Translations under genes and position numbers: made by a program | Origin: an uncultured Clostridia bacterium | GTDB lineage: Bacteria > Bacillota > Clostridia > Oscillospirales > CAG-272 | Length of the DNA stretch: 64,000 nucleotides | NCBI GenBank assembly: GCA_944381115.1 | Contig: CALWJV010000016.1 | Location: forward strand, 67,307-131,306 | Reading direction: 5' to 3' | In this document: one piece after another, positions 29,632-40,051 of the stretch | How positions within the stretch are numbered: the first letter of the stretch is position 1 | How the letters are laid out: each line of letters begins with the position of its first letter | The notes under the pieces: generated by a model | What the model saw: only the letters and a program-made list of their open reading frames with translations | Told to the model about the DNA's origin: nothing | The model's database searches: none

Positions 29632-29733
29632 TTATACACGCCCCCCGGAAGACGCATTCTCCTTTTTTATATGGAAAATCGCCCGAAGAAGAGGTCTTAA
29701 GGGTCTTGGAGCCTTTACAACAACTATTTTCAT
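29632..29733 (-). CDS. spoVM: SpoVM-like small protein (33 aa)
   Basis: Not in the ORF track (<60 aa). MKIVVVKAPRPLRPLLRAIFHIKKENASSGGRV aligns without gaps to B. subtilis SpoVM MKFYTIKLPKFLGGIVRAMLGSFRKD (MK....K.P..L....RA......K). SD-like gaaagga upstream and a terminator downstream. Lies next to rsgA, as spoVM lies in the cpgA(rsgA) neighbourhood in B. subtilis. Confidence 0.45.
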   Translation of the reverse strand: MKIVVVKAPRPLRPLLRAIFHIKKENASSGGRV

Positions 29734-30266
29734 TTTAACACCGTCCTTTCATAAGTAAATTACATAAAAAAAGTTTGGTGATTTTTTCAAAGATTTCATT
29801 TAAAACAATGAAAACATAAATAAGTTATCTTTGCTTTGCTGTGTGATCATATTTTTCAAGGTATCATATTTGTATCAGTCTTACAACATACCAAAAGAGT
29901 GATAAGGTCACGTCAAATGTATAAAATGTTCACATAAAAAAACGATAAAGTAATATCTTGCTTTACAAAATCTTTTATGAAATAAATTATTTTGAAAAAA
30001 GACATATAACTCCGAATGCGACCGAAACAAGTGCAGTGGTACCCACTAAAATACATGGTGGCAGAAACAAAGTAAGAAGTACTCCCGCTCCGAAGGCTGG
30101 AAGCATAACCGTCATTACATCACATATTGATGCGCTACATTTTATATTATTTCACTCCTTCCGCTCATGAAGATCGTCGCAACACCTCATTTACATTTAA
30201 GTGTTCAGCAAAAGTGCCTTTAAAGTGTTTCTTTTTATATTGTATGCAGAAAAAGAATTTTGTTGA

Positions 30267-31217
30267 TTAAAATTTCGTTTTTTTACTAATGAAAGGATGT
30301 GCTGATTTTATTTCCTCGTAAATTTTAACAAAACTTTCGTGTCGCTCCTTTGCAATTTTTCCTTCCTGTACCGCTTTTATCACCTGACAGCCCTCTTCTC
30401 TTAAATGAGTACATTTACGGTATCTGCAATTTTCTGAAAACTTCAAGATTTCAGGAAAAAGACCTGCTACATCTTCTTTTGAAATATTTTCAATTGTCGT
30501 AAGATTAAAAATACCAAACCCCGGGGTATCTGCAAGAAATGAACCGTACGGAGTCTGAACGTCGTTAAGCGAATAAAGTGTAACGGCACGTGTGGTGTGC
30601 TTTCCGCGGTATATTTTCCGGCTGACTTCACCTGTAACAAGCCTAAGTGACGGAAAAAGCGAGTTTAAGAGAGATGATTTTCCTACTCCGCTTTCACCGG
30701 CAAAAAAGGCAGTACGTCCCTTTGTTTCAGACAGTATAAAGCTGAGTAATTCCGAAACACCTTCTTTATTTTCCGATGAAGTAATAAATACTTTATATCC
30801 GCTTTTTCTATATATTTCTCTTATCTCTTCCGCTTTTTCGGGGTAAAGATCGCTTTTTGTTACTATTATTACCGTCTCCGCACCGTAATACTCAGCGGCA
30901 CAGGTAAGTTTATCAATGGTTATGTACGACGGGGCAGGGAAAGCCGTTGCAACAGTAATAAAAAGATTATCTATATTTGCTGCCGGCGGCTTATCAAAAA
31001 AATTCTTCCTTGGGAATATACTGTCAATTACGCAGGTCCCGTTTTTTTCTTCGGTAACGGTAACATTATCGCCCGGATACGGTGAAATTTTACCGTATCT
31101 GAAACTGCCCCTTGCACGGCAAGTAAGAATGCGTCCGTCCACTGTTACCACTTTATAAAGACCTCCTACTCCAGATAAAATCTTACCGTTTTGCCTGTTT
31201 TTTTCTATATCCGACAT
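30267..31217 (-). CDS. rsgA: ribosome small subunit-dependent GTPase A
   Basis: N-terminal OB fold, circularly permuted GTPase with GESGVGKSSLLN, C-terminal zinc cluster CRYRKCTHLREEGC. Confidence 0.92.
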   Translation of the reverse strand: MSDIEKNRQNGKILSGVGGLYKVVTVDGRILTCRARGSFRYGKISPYPGDNVTVTEEKNGTCVIDSIFPRKNFFDKPPAANIDNLFITVATAFPAPSYITIDKLTCAAEYYGAETVIIVTKSDLYPEKAEEIREIYRKSGYKVFITSSENKEGVSELLSFILSETKGRTAFFAGESGVGKSSLLNSLFPSLRLVTGEVSRKIYRGKHTTRAVTLYSLNDVQTPYGSFLADTPGFGIFNLTTIENISKEDVAGLFPEILKFSENCRYRKCTHLREEGCQVIKAVQEGKIAKERHESFVKIYEEIKSAHPFISKKTKF

Positions 31218-31558
31218 TTACCTTCCCCCGATTTTTATTTTGTAACTTATTTAATTATATACAATATTCCCCGAAAAATCAAGACTGATTACAGTTTTTG
31301 ATAAATATGTGCTTTAAAACTATACGCTTTACCTCCGGTTTATTTAAGTAAAAGCCGTAATTGCTTGCTGACACATATCAAAAAAGCGGATTAAGATATA
31401 TATGTTTACAAAATATTGTTAAAAACTTTATTAAATTATGATATAATAATACTGATTACTAATATGCACATAAAGCATTAATTTATTATAAAATATAAAA
31501 ATATTACCTTAAAGGTAATTTCCACTAAAGTACAAAACTGCATGAAAGGAAATTTTTT

Positions 31559-33742
31559 ATGGCAGAAAAAAACAAAACGGGTGCAAAGAATAAAAAAGAA
31601 GCCCCGCTTAATGCAACATATCTGCTTACTGTAGTTTCAGCGGCTGTTTTCTTTATTATTGCATTTTCGCTTTTGGTCTACATCAACAAATTTAAAATTC
31701 TTCCGGCATTTCTCATCGGAGTATTTGTCCTTATCGCTTACATCTGTGTAATAGTACTTATAAACCTTTACATCAAATTGATCAAAGAAAAGATGAAAAA
31801 AAAGGACAGCACGGAAAAAATACGTCTCCGCCAATCAGAAGACCTTCCTCTTGGAGCATTTGCAAAACTGAATCAGCCATGTGCTATATGTAACGAAGAC
31901 GCAAAAATAGTCTGGATGAACAGATCATTTGCAACCCGGACACCAAAACATATGCTTATAAAAGGTGACATTGATTTTAAAACGTTATTTGATTATTCAA
32001 ACGGAAATTATGTAGGAATCGAAAAAATTTCCATACTTCCTTCGGGCCTTTCGGAAACCGGACTTTTCGGTAAACTTGCCGATACCGAAAACGGCGTAAC
32101 CGTTACGGGTATACACGGTTTCAGCGGCGAATGGACAATGCATTCGTACAACTACAATTCCGGAGATAACGAATTTTTTATTCTTGTATTCACCGAAGAC
32201 ACGGAAAAAAACAGTTGGATTAGAAAATACAATGACAACCTCACCCATATTGCCTACATTGTTATAGATAACCTAGAAGAACTTGCACAGTCAGAACAGG
32301 AAAGTTACCGCCAGGCATCAACCAAGGTCGATGCAACTATAAAGGCATGGGCAGCCGAAAACCGTGCATTCATAAAAGAATACGAGCGTGAGAAATACAT
32401 TATGGCATTCCATCATTCAGAACTTGCCACCCTTGATAAAAAGAAATTTGATATACTTGAACGCGTAAGTATGATAAGAGTGGGCTCAGAAAACCTATCT
32501 GTGACGGTTTCTCTCGGCGTTTCTCCGGAGATCGGATCTCTTGACGAAAAAGATAAAATAGCACAATCGGCGCTTGAAATGGCTCTTCAAAGAGGAGGAA
32601 ACCAAGCAGTCGTAATGATGGGAAGTTCTCCGAAATTTTACGGCGCTAAAACTCTGACATCACTTAAACGGTCCGGAGTACGCCATAGAGTGTTTGCAGA
32701 TAAACTTATTTACAGGATGAACAAATGTTCAAACGTCATTATAATGGGCCACCGAAATCCCGACTTTGATGCCATAGGATCTTCTGTAGGACTTGCACGC
32801 CTTGCAATGTCTTTAGGTAAACCGACAAATATTATTGCAAATACAGAGGATCAGAATCTGCGCGACTGCTTTGATAAACTTTCAACTCTGCCGGAATATT
32901 CAAATATGTTTATTGACGCAACAGAAGCACAGGAAAAACTTACCTCAGAAACACTTGTCATATGCTCCGATGTAAATAATCCGGATAACTTTGAAGCGGT
33001 CAATGTTGCGGATAATGCCGATTATTTATTTATTATTGACCATCACAGACAGAACGAAAAAACACCCGAAGCGGTTCCTGAAAAAAAGGAAATCCTTATA
33101 GTTCCTTCTGCATCTTCCGCATGCGAACTTGTCTCCGAAATACTTGAACTCGGTCTGACCGGAAATTCAAGGCTAAACCACGAAGAGGCAGACATTATGT
33201 TTGCGGGAATACTTCTTGATACAAAAAATTTTACCAGAAATGCTCAGGTCCCCACATTTGGTGCTGCTATTTACCTGCGCGATAACGGAGCAGACCCGAT
33301 TAAAGCACAGGCTCTGTTCAAAACAGATCTTGACGATTTCCGTCAGGAAAGCGCGTTTTCAACCGATCTTGAGATATATAAAGAATGCATTGTAATTGCG
33401 AAAGAGACCGGTGAAGAATCAACACCAACAAAACGTATAACCGCGGCAAAAACTGCCGACCGTCTCCTCAATATCAAAAAAATACGAGCCTCGTTCGTTG
33501 TCGCGAAAATGCAAAATGATGTATTTATATCTGCGCGTTCCGACGGATCTGTAAATGTACAACTTATAATGGAATCGCTACGCGGGGGCGGACATTATAA
33601 TGCGGCAGCCACAATGCTTAAAGAAACGAGTGTTGATGATGCGGTGGAAAAGCTCAAATCATGTATATCTTCTTACTTCGGTATAGAAGAAAAAGAAGTG
33701 CCGACTAAAAAGAGAAGGAAAAAATTTTTTAAAAAAATATGA
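31559..33742 (+). CDS. gdpP: cyclic-di-AMP phosphodiesterase GdpP (DHH/DHHA1 family)
   Basis: Two N-terminal TM helices, a central PAS/degenerate-GGDEF-like region, DHH motifs (NPDFDAIGS, IIDHHR) and DHHA1 GGGH (LRGGGHYNAAA). gdpP-rplI-dnaB synteny as in Bacillus and Staphylococcus. Confidence 0.85.
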   Translation: MAEKNKTGAKNKKEAPLNATYLLTVVSAAVFFIIAFSLLVYINKFKILPAFLIGVFVLIAYICVIVLINLYIKLIKEKMKKKDSTEKIRLRQSEDLPLGAFAKLNQPCAICNEDAKIVWMNRSFATRTPKHMLIKGDIDFKTLFDYSNGNYVGIEKISILPSGLSETGLFGKLADTENGVTVTGIHGFSGEWTMHSYNYNSGDNEFFILVFTEDTEKNSWIRKYNDNLTHIAYIVIDNLEELAQSEQESYRQASTKVDATIKAWAAENRAFIKEYEREKYIMAFHHSELATLDKKKFDILERVSMIRVGSENLSVTVSLGVSPEIGSLDEKDKIAQSALEMALQRGGNQAVVMMGSSPKFYGAKTLTSLKRSGVRHRVFADKLIYRMNKCSNVIIMGHRNPDFDAIGSSVGLARLAMSLGKPTNIIANTEDQNLRDCFDKLSTLPEYSNMFIDATEAQEKLTSETLVICSDVNNPDNFEAVNVADNADYLFIIDHHRQNEKTPEAVPEKKEILIVPSASSACELVSEILELGLTGNSRLNHEEADIMFAGILLDTKNFTRNAQVPTFGAAIYLRDNGADPIKAQALFKTDLDDFRQESAFSTDLEIYKECIVIAKETGEESTPTKRITAAKTADRLLNIKKIRASFVVAKMQNDVFISARSDGSVNVQLIMESLRGGGHYNAAATMLKETSVDDAVEKLKSCISSYFGIEEKEVPTKKRRKKFFKKI

Positions 33743-33851
33743 TTTTAAAAATACGGGTCGTATGTAAAACAGTTGAAATAAGCGCTTTAATTTTCTAATA
33801 AACACCATACTGTTTTTATACGTACAGTTAACAGAAAGGAAAAGGTACAAA

Positions 33852-34295
33852 ATGAAAGTAATACTTATACAGGATGTAAAGGCTCAAGGTAAAAAAGGAG
33901 AACTGATAGATGTATCGGAAGGATATGCAAGAAACTTTCTTATACCAAAAAAACTTGCAGTAGAAGCAAATGCCAAAAACATGACCGAGTATAAAAACGC
34001 AGAAAAATCAAAGCAGATCCATGCAGAAAAAGAACTTGCTCTTGCAGAGGAGACTGCCCAAAAACTTAACGGTTGCGTTGTAAAGATCCGACGCACTTGC
34101 GGAGCAGACGAAAAACTTTACGGTTCAGTCGGTGGTAAGGATATTGCAGATGCTCTTTTTGAACAGTACAAAATAGAAATAGATAAAAGAAAGATACAAC
34201 TAAGCGATCCGATCAAGACATACGGAAGTTACGAAGCCGCTGTAAAACTTCACGCAAAAGTCACCGGAAAAATACGCTTTGTTGTAGAAAAATAA
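33852..34295 (+). CDS. rplI: 50S ribosomal protein L9
   Basis: MKVILIQDVKAQGKKGELIDVSEGYARNFLIPKKLA N-terminus. 147 aa. Confidence 0.95.
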   Translation: MKVILIQDVKAQGKKGELIDVSEGYARNFLIPKKLAVEANAKNMTEYKNAEKSKQIHAEKELALAEETAQKLNGCVVKIRRTCGADEKLYGSVGGKDIADALFEQYKIEIDKRKIQLSDPIKTYGSYEAAVKLHAKVTGKIRFVVEK

Positions 34296-34298
34296 GTC

Positions 34299-35609
34299 AT
34301 GGATATACAAAATAATAATGTTCCGGTCTCATATGAATCCGAACAAAGTGTAATAGGTGCGGTATTTATTAAATCAGAGTGTTTCGGGGACATTATGAAC
34401 CATGTTTTTGCAACCGATTTTTACTTTGATGACCACAGGGAAATATTTCTTGCAATGCAGGAATTGTTCTCGGCAAGTAAAAGCATTGACCACATAACAG
34501 TTACTGACAGACTTGTCACCAAAGGAGTAATGGATGCCGAGCACGCAAAATCTGCAATAATGCAGATAGTCTCAGCAGTTCCTTCTGCGGCTAACGCAGT
34601 TGATTATGCAAAAATAGTAAGAGACCGTTCGGTTCGCCGGCAACTTATACAAATCTGCCGGGAAATAGAGGAAAGTGCTGCTTCTGAAACAGATTCCGCA
34701 GAAAACATTCTCTCGCTTGCCGAAACAAAAATCAATAAAATTTCCGATACGACGGTCAGCGGTAATTTCCGTCATATAAAGGAAGTAATAGGTCAAAATT
34801 ACAAACACCTTCAGATGCTTTCGCAAAACCCCGAAGAAACTTACGGTATACCTACCGGATTTTCATCAATAGATAACTTACTGATTGGAATGGGTGCCGG
34901 AGATATGGTTTTGGTGGGAGCGCGGCCTGGTGTTGGAAAAACATCCTTTACGATGAATATAGCAACCAGAGCATCTAAAAGAATGAAAAAAACTGTTTGC
35001 GTATTTTCTATGGAAATGTCGGCAGAACAACTTGTTATGCGTATGATCTCAAGTGAGGCAAGAATTAACAATACAATACTTCGCTCCGGAAAACTTCAAT
35101 CGGATGATTGGAATGCCGTTGCATTTGCAGTCAACTCACTTTCAGAATGCGACATCCTTATAGATGATACTGCAGGTATGAAGGTCTCAATGATGAAAAA
35201 CCGCCTGCGTAAGGTAAAAAATCTCGGTCTTGTAGTAATTGACTACCTTCAACTTATGCAGGAGGATACAAAAAACGATAACAGAGCGGTAGCAGTCGGT
35301 GAGATTTCCAGAGGAATTAAACTTATGGCAAAGGAATTTGGGGTACCGGTCTTGACTTGCGCACAACTTAACCGTGCCGTTGAATCAAGAAAAGAGGGTA
35401 TTCCGCAACTTTCTGATCTTCGTGACTCCGGGTCAATTGAGCAAGATGCAGATAGCGTAATGTTTTTACATAAAAACGATAATGAACAGCAAAAAGTTCA
35501 GGTGATTGTAGCCAAAAACCGTCACGGCGCAACCGGTACGGTAGAACTTGGCTGGACACCTCAGTTCACAAGTTTTTATACGCTTGAAAACAACCTCATT
35601 GAAGAATAG
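34299..35609 (+). CDS. dnaB: replicative DNA helicase
   Basis: DnaB N-terminal domain (ESEQSVIGAVF), Walker A GARPGVGKTSF, Walker B VVIDYLQLM, SGSIEQDAD. Confidence 0.95.
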   Translation: MDIQNNNVPVSYESEQSVIGAVFIKSECFGDIMNHVFATDFYFDDHREIFLAMQELFSASKSIDHITVTDRLVTKGVMDAEHAKSAIMQIVSAVPSAANAVDYAKIVRDRSVRRQLIQICREIEESAASETDSAENILSLAETKINKISDTTVSGNFRHIKEVIGQNYKHLQMLSQNPEETYGIPTGFSSIDNLLIGMGAGDMVLVGARPGVGKTSFTMNIATRASKRMKKTVCVFSMEMSAEQLVMRMISSEARINNTILRSGKLQSDDWNAVAFAVNSLSECDILIDDTAGMKVSMMKNRLRKVKNLGLVVIDYLQLMQEDTKNDNRAVAVGEISRGIKLMAKEFGVPVLTCAQLNRAVESRKEGIPQLSDLRDSGSIEQDADSVMFLHKNDNEQQKVQVIVAKNRHGATGTVELGWTPQFTSFYTLENNLIEE

Positions 35610-35765
35610 CAGTCTGTTTGAAAATATCCGTACCTACCATAACCGAAAAACATGAGAATTCTTTTAAACACTTTTAATGTTTTGATTTTTGGTTGACGGT
35701 AAAACTCATTTTAGGGTAAGCAAATTATATTTTTCAGAAATAAAATATATCAAGGAAAAGCAAAA

Positions 35766-37199
35766 ATGAAAAACGGAATTCAAGATGATCTTCCGCAAAG
35801 ATTTTTAAAATCGGTAACAAAGGAAGGTCTTATACTTTCAAACGAAAAAATACTTGTTGCATTTTCCGGCGGAGCAGATTCCGTTGCGCTTCTTTCAGTG
35901 CTAAAAAAAATTTCATCTGACCTGAATCTAAAGATATTTGCCGCACATCTTAATCACGGTATACGTGGGATTGAAGCGGACCGAGACGAAGATTTTTGTA
36001 GAAATATTTGCCAAAAAATGGATGTACCGTTTGAATCAAGGTACGTTTCTGTACCTGAGGAAGCAAAAAGGACCGGGCAGGGACTTGAAGCATGTGCAAG
36101 AAAAATAAGATATGATTTTCTTTTTGAAACTGCAGAAAAATTTAAGTGTAACAAAATTGCAACTGCGCATCATGCAGACGATAATATAGAAACTGTACTT
36201 TTGCATATTATAAGAGGAACGGGATTGAAGGGACTTGTAGGAATCCCCCCGAAAAGAGGTAATATAATACGACCTCTCCTGATTTTCAGAAAAAAAGAAC
36301 TTATAAAATATCTTGAAAATGAGGGGCTTGATTTTGTTTACGACAGTACAAACAGTGACCTGGAATTGACACGTAATAAGATAAGACATAAACTTCTTTC
36401 AACGGTTTACGAGATAAACCCGAGAGCAGATACGGCTTTTTCTAATATGAGTAAACTTGTAGAAGAAGACAATAAATTTCTGACCACACTTGCTGAAGGA
36501 ATAAATAAAAAAGCGACCCTTTCCGAACTAAAATCACTGCCTTTACCGCTTCTTTCCCGATTTTTACAAATACGATTCTTTGAATGCATAAAAAAAATAC
36601 AGTTGAACGGCGAAGAAAAAAACAAATGCCTGCAACTTTCATTTATACATTTAACTCCCGTAATAGATTATATAAAAAACGGCAAAGGAAATGCGAGTTT
36701 CGCTTTACCCGGTAAAATAACCGCACATATAAGTTCAGCCGGAGCGCATTTTTTATACAGCGAAGAAGAAAAAAAACAAGACTTCAATATACCGCTGAAA
36801 ATGGGTGAAAATAATATTTCACAGTGTCTTTGCAAAATTTTAATAACAAATGATAAAAATGTCGCAGATGAGTGGCAAAACATTTACAAATTATCTATAC
36901 TCGTGTCGGTTAATTTTGATACAATAATTTTTGGAAAAGAAATATCCCTTTTTGCCAGAAATTCAAAATCAGGTGATTCTTATGTATATAATGGTCACAC
37001 AAGGAACGTACGACGTAAACTTATTGATTTGAAAATTCCATCTCACCTTCGAAAAAAAATCCCTTGTATCTGCGACTCGGACGGTATAATTTTTGTACCG
37101 AATTTGAAAATTGCAGACAGAGTAAAACCTGTAAAAGGAAAAGAAAAACTTTATATTGTTTATACAGATGTTAAAAATCCGGAATGTTTTAAAATATAA
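35766..37199 (+). CDS. tilS: tRNA(Ile)-lysidine synthase
   Basis: PP-loop SGGADSVAL. tilS-hpt-ftsH synteny. Confidence 0.9.
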   Translation: MKNGIQDDLPQRFLKSVTKEGLILSNEKILVAFSGGADSVALLSVLKKISSDLNLKIFAAHLNHGIRGIEADRDEDFCRNICQKMDVPFESRYVSVPEEAKRTGQGLEACARKIRYDFLFETAEKFKCNKIATAHHADDNIETVLLHIIRGTGLKGLVGIPPKRGNIIRPLLIFRKKELIKYLENEGLDFVYDSTNSDLELTRNKIRHKLLSTVYEINPRADTAFSNMSKLVEEDNKFLTTLAEGINKKATLSELKSLPLPLLSRFLQIRFFECIKKIQLNGEEKNKCLQLSFIHLTPVIDYIKNGKGNASFALPGKITAHISSAGAHFLYSEEEKKQDFNIPLKMGENNISQCLCKILITNDKNVADEWQNIYKLSILVSVNFDTIIFGKEISLFARNSKSGDSYVYNGHTRNVRRKLIDLKIPSHLRKKIPCICDSDGIIFVPNLKIADRVKPVKGKEKLYIVYTDVKNPECFKI

Positions 37200-37228
37200 G
37201 ATAAAAAATATTTGAAGTGGAGATTTAT

Positions 37229-37777
37229 ATGATAGACTGGACAGAAGACATAGAAAGCATACTGATAAGTGAAAGTGAAATCAAAGAAATAGTAAAATTA
37301 GTCGCTAAAAAAATAGAAGACGATTACCGAAATGAAGAAAAAATTGTTTTGGTGGGAGTATTAAAAGGCTCTGCTGTATTTATGACAGATCTTATGAGAC
37401 AATTGCATATACCGGTTGAAATTGACTTTATGAGAGTTTCATCATACGGAGACTCATCTGTTTCTTCCGGAAACGTAAACATCATTCTGGATCTTAACCG
37501 ACGGGGACTCGGATCAGAAAATATAATCATTGTAGAGGATATGGTAGACAGTGGGAGAACTTTGAAATACCTTGTTTCATATCTTAAAAACAAAGGTGCA
37601 AAGAGCGTACGCACGGCTACACTTCTTGATAAACCCGGTCGCAGAGAAGTCGAATTCACACCGGAATATGTCGGGAAACAAATAGAAAACAAATTTGTAA
37701 TCGGATACGGTCTTGATTATGCAGAAAAATACAGAACATTACCTTATATCGGAATTATAAAGCCGGAAAAAATATAA
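37229..37777 (+). CDS. hpt: hypoxanthine phosphoribosyltransferase
   Basis: PRPP-binding motif IIIVEDMVDSGRT. Start placed at the ATG at 37229, 6 nt after GGAG; the ORF-track GTG at 37217 has no SD. Confidence 0.9.
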   Translation: MIDWTEDIESILISESEIKEIVKLVAKKIEDDYRNEEKIVLVGVLKGSAVFMTDLMRQLHIPVEIDFMRVSSYGDSSVSSGNVNIILDLNRRGLGSENIIIVEDMVDSGRTLKYLVSYLKNKGAKSVRTATLLDKPGRREVEFTPEYVGKQIENKFVIGYGLDYAEKYRTLPYIGIIKPEKI

Positions 37778-37869
37778 TTTAAGCGTAAAAATTAAATACA
37801 AATACAAAAAAAAGGCATAATAATTAATATATATGCATTTAATAAAGCAAAATTATTTGGAGACTTAAA

Positions 37870-39963
37870 ATGAATAAAAAGAACAACAAACGTATTATTT
37901 TTTATGTTTTACTCTCGATTTTTCTTATTGCAATAGCAATGAGTACCGTTATGCAGTTCAGAGCAACACCGTACACATACGATGATCTTTGTAAAGATGT
38001 CATAGCGGATAATATACTTGAAATAAGTGTAACGGAGAGCGGAAAATGCACTGTCACAACACGTGACGGCAGTGTAAAATCATTCCGGTTTAATAATATA
38101 AGTTGGCAGGTATTCAATGAACAATATATGCCCCTGCTTTCCGAAAAGCAAACGAACGGCTCTGTAAAACTGAACTTTGAACAGCCATCCAATACTGCAG
38201 CATGGATATCGTATATACCTTATATTTTAATTATTGGACTTCTTATTTTTACAATAGTTGCGTTTGTCAGAATGTCCGGCGGCAGAGGCGGGGCACTTAA
38301 TAATTTCGGCAAAGCAAGGACAAAACTCGGTTCTGATGAAAAGAAAAAGGTACTTTTCCGCGATGTTGCAGGTGCCGAGGAAGAAAAAGAAGATCTTAAA
38401 GAGATTGTAGACTTTTTAAAAGAACCTGGAAAGTATATACGGCTCGGTGCCAAAATTCCGCACGGCGTACTTCTTGTAGGCCCTCCCGGAACAGGAAAAA
38501 CCCTTCTTGCAAAAGCTGTTGCAGGAGAAGCAGGGGTACCGTTTTTCTCAATTTCAGGTTCCGACTTTGTAGAAATGTATGTCGGTGTTGGTGCTTCAAG
38601 GGTCCGCGATCTTTTTGAAAACGCAAAAAAATACCCTGCTTCAATAATATTTATAGATGAAATAGATGCTGTAGGACGTCACAGAGGCGCAGGTCTCGGA
38701 GGCGGTCACGACGAAAGAGAACAGACACTTAACCAACTCCTTGTCGAAATGGACGGATTCGGTTCGGGTAACGCAGTTATAGTCATCGCGGCAACAAACC
38801 GTCCCGACATACTTGACCCTGCACTTCTCCGTCCCGGAAGATTTGACCGTCAGATAACAGTCGGATATCCGGATATAAAGGGACGTCTTGAAATACTCAA
38901 GATTCACGCAAGGGGTAAGCCCTTTGAAGATGAAGTTTCTCTTGAAAAAGTTGCAAAAACAACTGTCGGATTTACCGGTGCAGATCTTGCAAACCTTCTT
39001 AACGAAGCAGCATTGCTTGCTGCAAGAAGGAAAAAGAATCTCATAGGTGAACAGGAACTTGAAGACGCATCCATTAAAGTAATAGTAGGAACCGAAAAAC
39101 GTTCAAGAGTCGTAAAAGATAAGGAAAAGAAACTTACTGCTTACCATGAGTCAGGACACGCAATATTAACAAAACTTTTGCAACCTGATAACCAGGTACA
39201 TCAAATTTCAATAATACCGACCGGTGCCGCAGGCGGATACACTATCCACAGACCTAATGAGGACCGCTCATACGGTTCTAAAAATGAAATGAAAAACGAA
39301 ATTGTCGTTTTGTTGGGCGGACGGATGGCAGAAAAGCTTGTACTTGAAGACATATCTACCGGTGCTTCCAACGATATTCAGAGAGCAACTTCAATTGCAA
39401 GGAATATGGTTATGCGTTACGGAATGAGCGACCGTCTCGGTCCGCTTGTATACGGTTCAGAGCACAACTCTGACGAGATTTTCCTTGGCCGTGACTTTAA
39501 TTCTCAGAAAAACTACTCAGAAAATACGGCATCCATAATTGATGAAGAGATAAAGCAGATAGTATGTGAGGCATACTCCACCGCGGAAAAGTTGCTCACT
39601 GAAAATATGAGCAAACTTCACTTTATTGCATCATTCCTCTTTAAAAACGAAGTTATGGATGAGTATCAGTTTGAGGCAGTCATGAACGGTGAGGCTGATT
39701 CAATTGAGGCTCTTGAAAAAATTTCTGAGGAAAGAAAACGCCGTAGCAAAGAAGAAAACGAGCAAAAGGCAAGGCGTGACGCTGAGGAAAGAGAAAAAAG
39801 ACTTGAGCAAGAGCGCAGAAGGATAAACGAACTTCATGGTATTATTACTCCGCCTTTTGACAATCCTCGTGATGTTGAAAAGAACGGCAATGAAAAACCA
39901 AACAATAATACCGATAAAAATGAACAAAATAATGACTCCGACCAAGGCGATACAAAACAATAA
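37870..39963 (+). CDS. ftsH: ATP-dependent zinc metalloprotease FtsH
   Basis: Two TM helices, Walker A GPPGTGKT, Walker B IIFIDEID, second region of homology, zinc motif HESGH. Charged C-terminal tail. Confidence 0.95.
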   Translation: MNKKNNKRIIFYVLLSIFLIAIAMSTVMQFRATPYTYDDLCKDVIADNILEISVTESGKCTVTTRDGSVKSFRFNNISWQVFNEQYMPLLSEKQTNGSVKLNFEQPSNTAAWISYIPYILIIGLLIFTIVAFVRMSGGRGGALNNFGKARTKLGSDEKKKVLFRDVAGAEEEKEDLKEIVDFLKEPGKYIRLGAKIPHGVLLVGPPGTGKTLLAKAVAGEAGVPFFSISGSDFVEMYVGVGASRVRDLFENAKKYPASIIFIDEIDAVGRHRGAGLGGGHDEREQTLNQLLVEMDGFGSGNAVIVIAATNRPDILDPALLRPGRFDRQITVGYPDIKGRLEILKIHARGKPFEDEVSLEKVAKTTVGFTGADLANLLNEAALLAARRKKNLIGEQELEDASIKVIVGTEKRSRVVKDKEKKLTAYHESGHAILTKLLQPDNQVHQISIIPTGAAGGYTIHRPNEDRSYGSKNEMKNEIVVLLGGRMAEKLVLEDISTGASNDIQRATSIARNMVMRYGMSDRLGPLVYGSEHNSDEIFLGRDFNSQKNYSENTASIIDEEIKQIVCEAYSTAEKLLTENMSKLHFIASFLFKNEVMDEYQFEAVMNGEADSIEALEKISEERKRRSKEENEQKARRDAEEREKRLEQERRRINELHGIITPPFDNPRDVEKNGNEKPNNNTDKNEQNNDSDQGDTKQ

Positions 39964-39993
39964 TCCTTATTAAATGAAAAATAAATTGAAAAG

Positions 39994-40036
39994 AAAAACA
40001 ACTAACGGATTTGATATCCGTTAGTTGTTTTTTTTA
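39994..40036. terminator. bidirectional rho-independent terminator
   Basis: 14-bp perfect stem aacaactaacggat/atccgttagttgtt, 5-nt loop, A-tract upstream and T8 downstream. Sits between convergent ftsH and the lipoprotein gene. Confidence 0.85.
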
Positions 40037-40051
40037 ATAAAAATATGTATT

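Noticed and set aside
30238-30247. CATACAAT, a match to the sigma-E -10 consensus CATACAnT, on the minus strand just downstream of rsgA.
   Set aside because: There is no acceptable -35 element at 16-18 nt. A single 8-mer match in AT-rich DNA is expected by chance.
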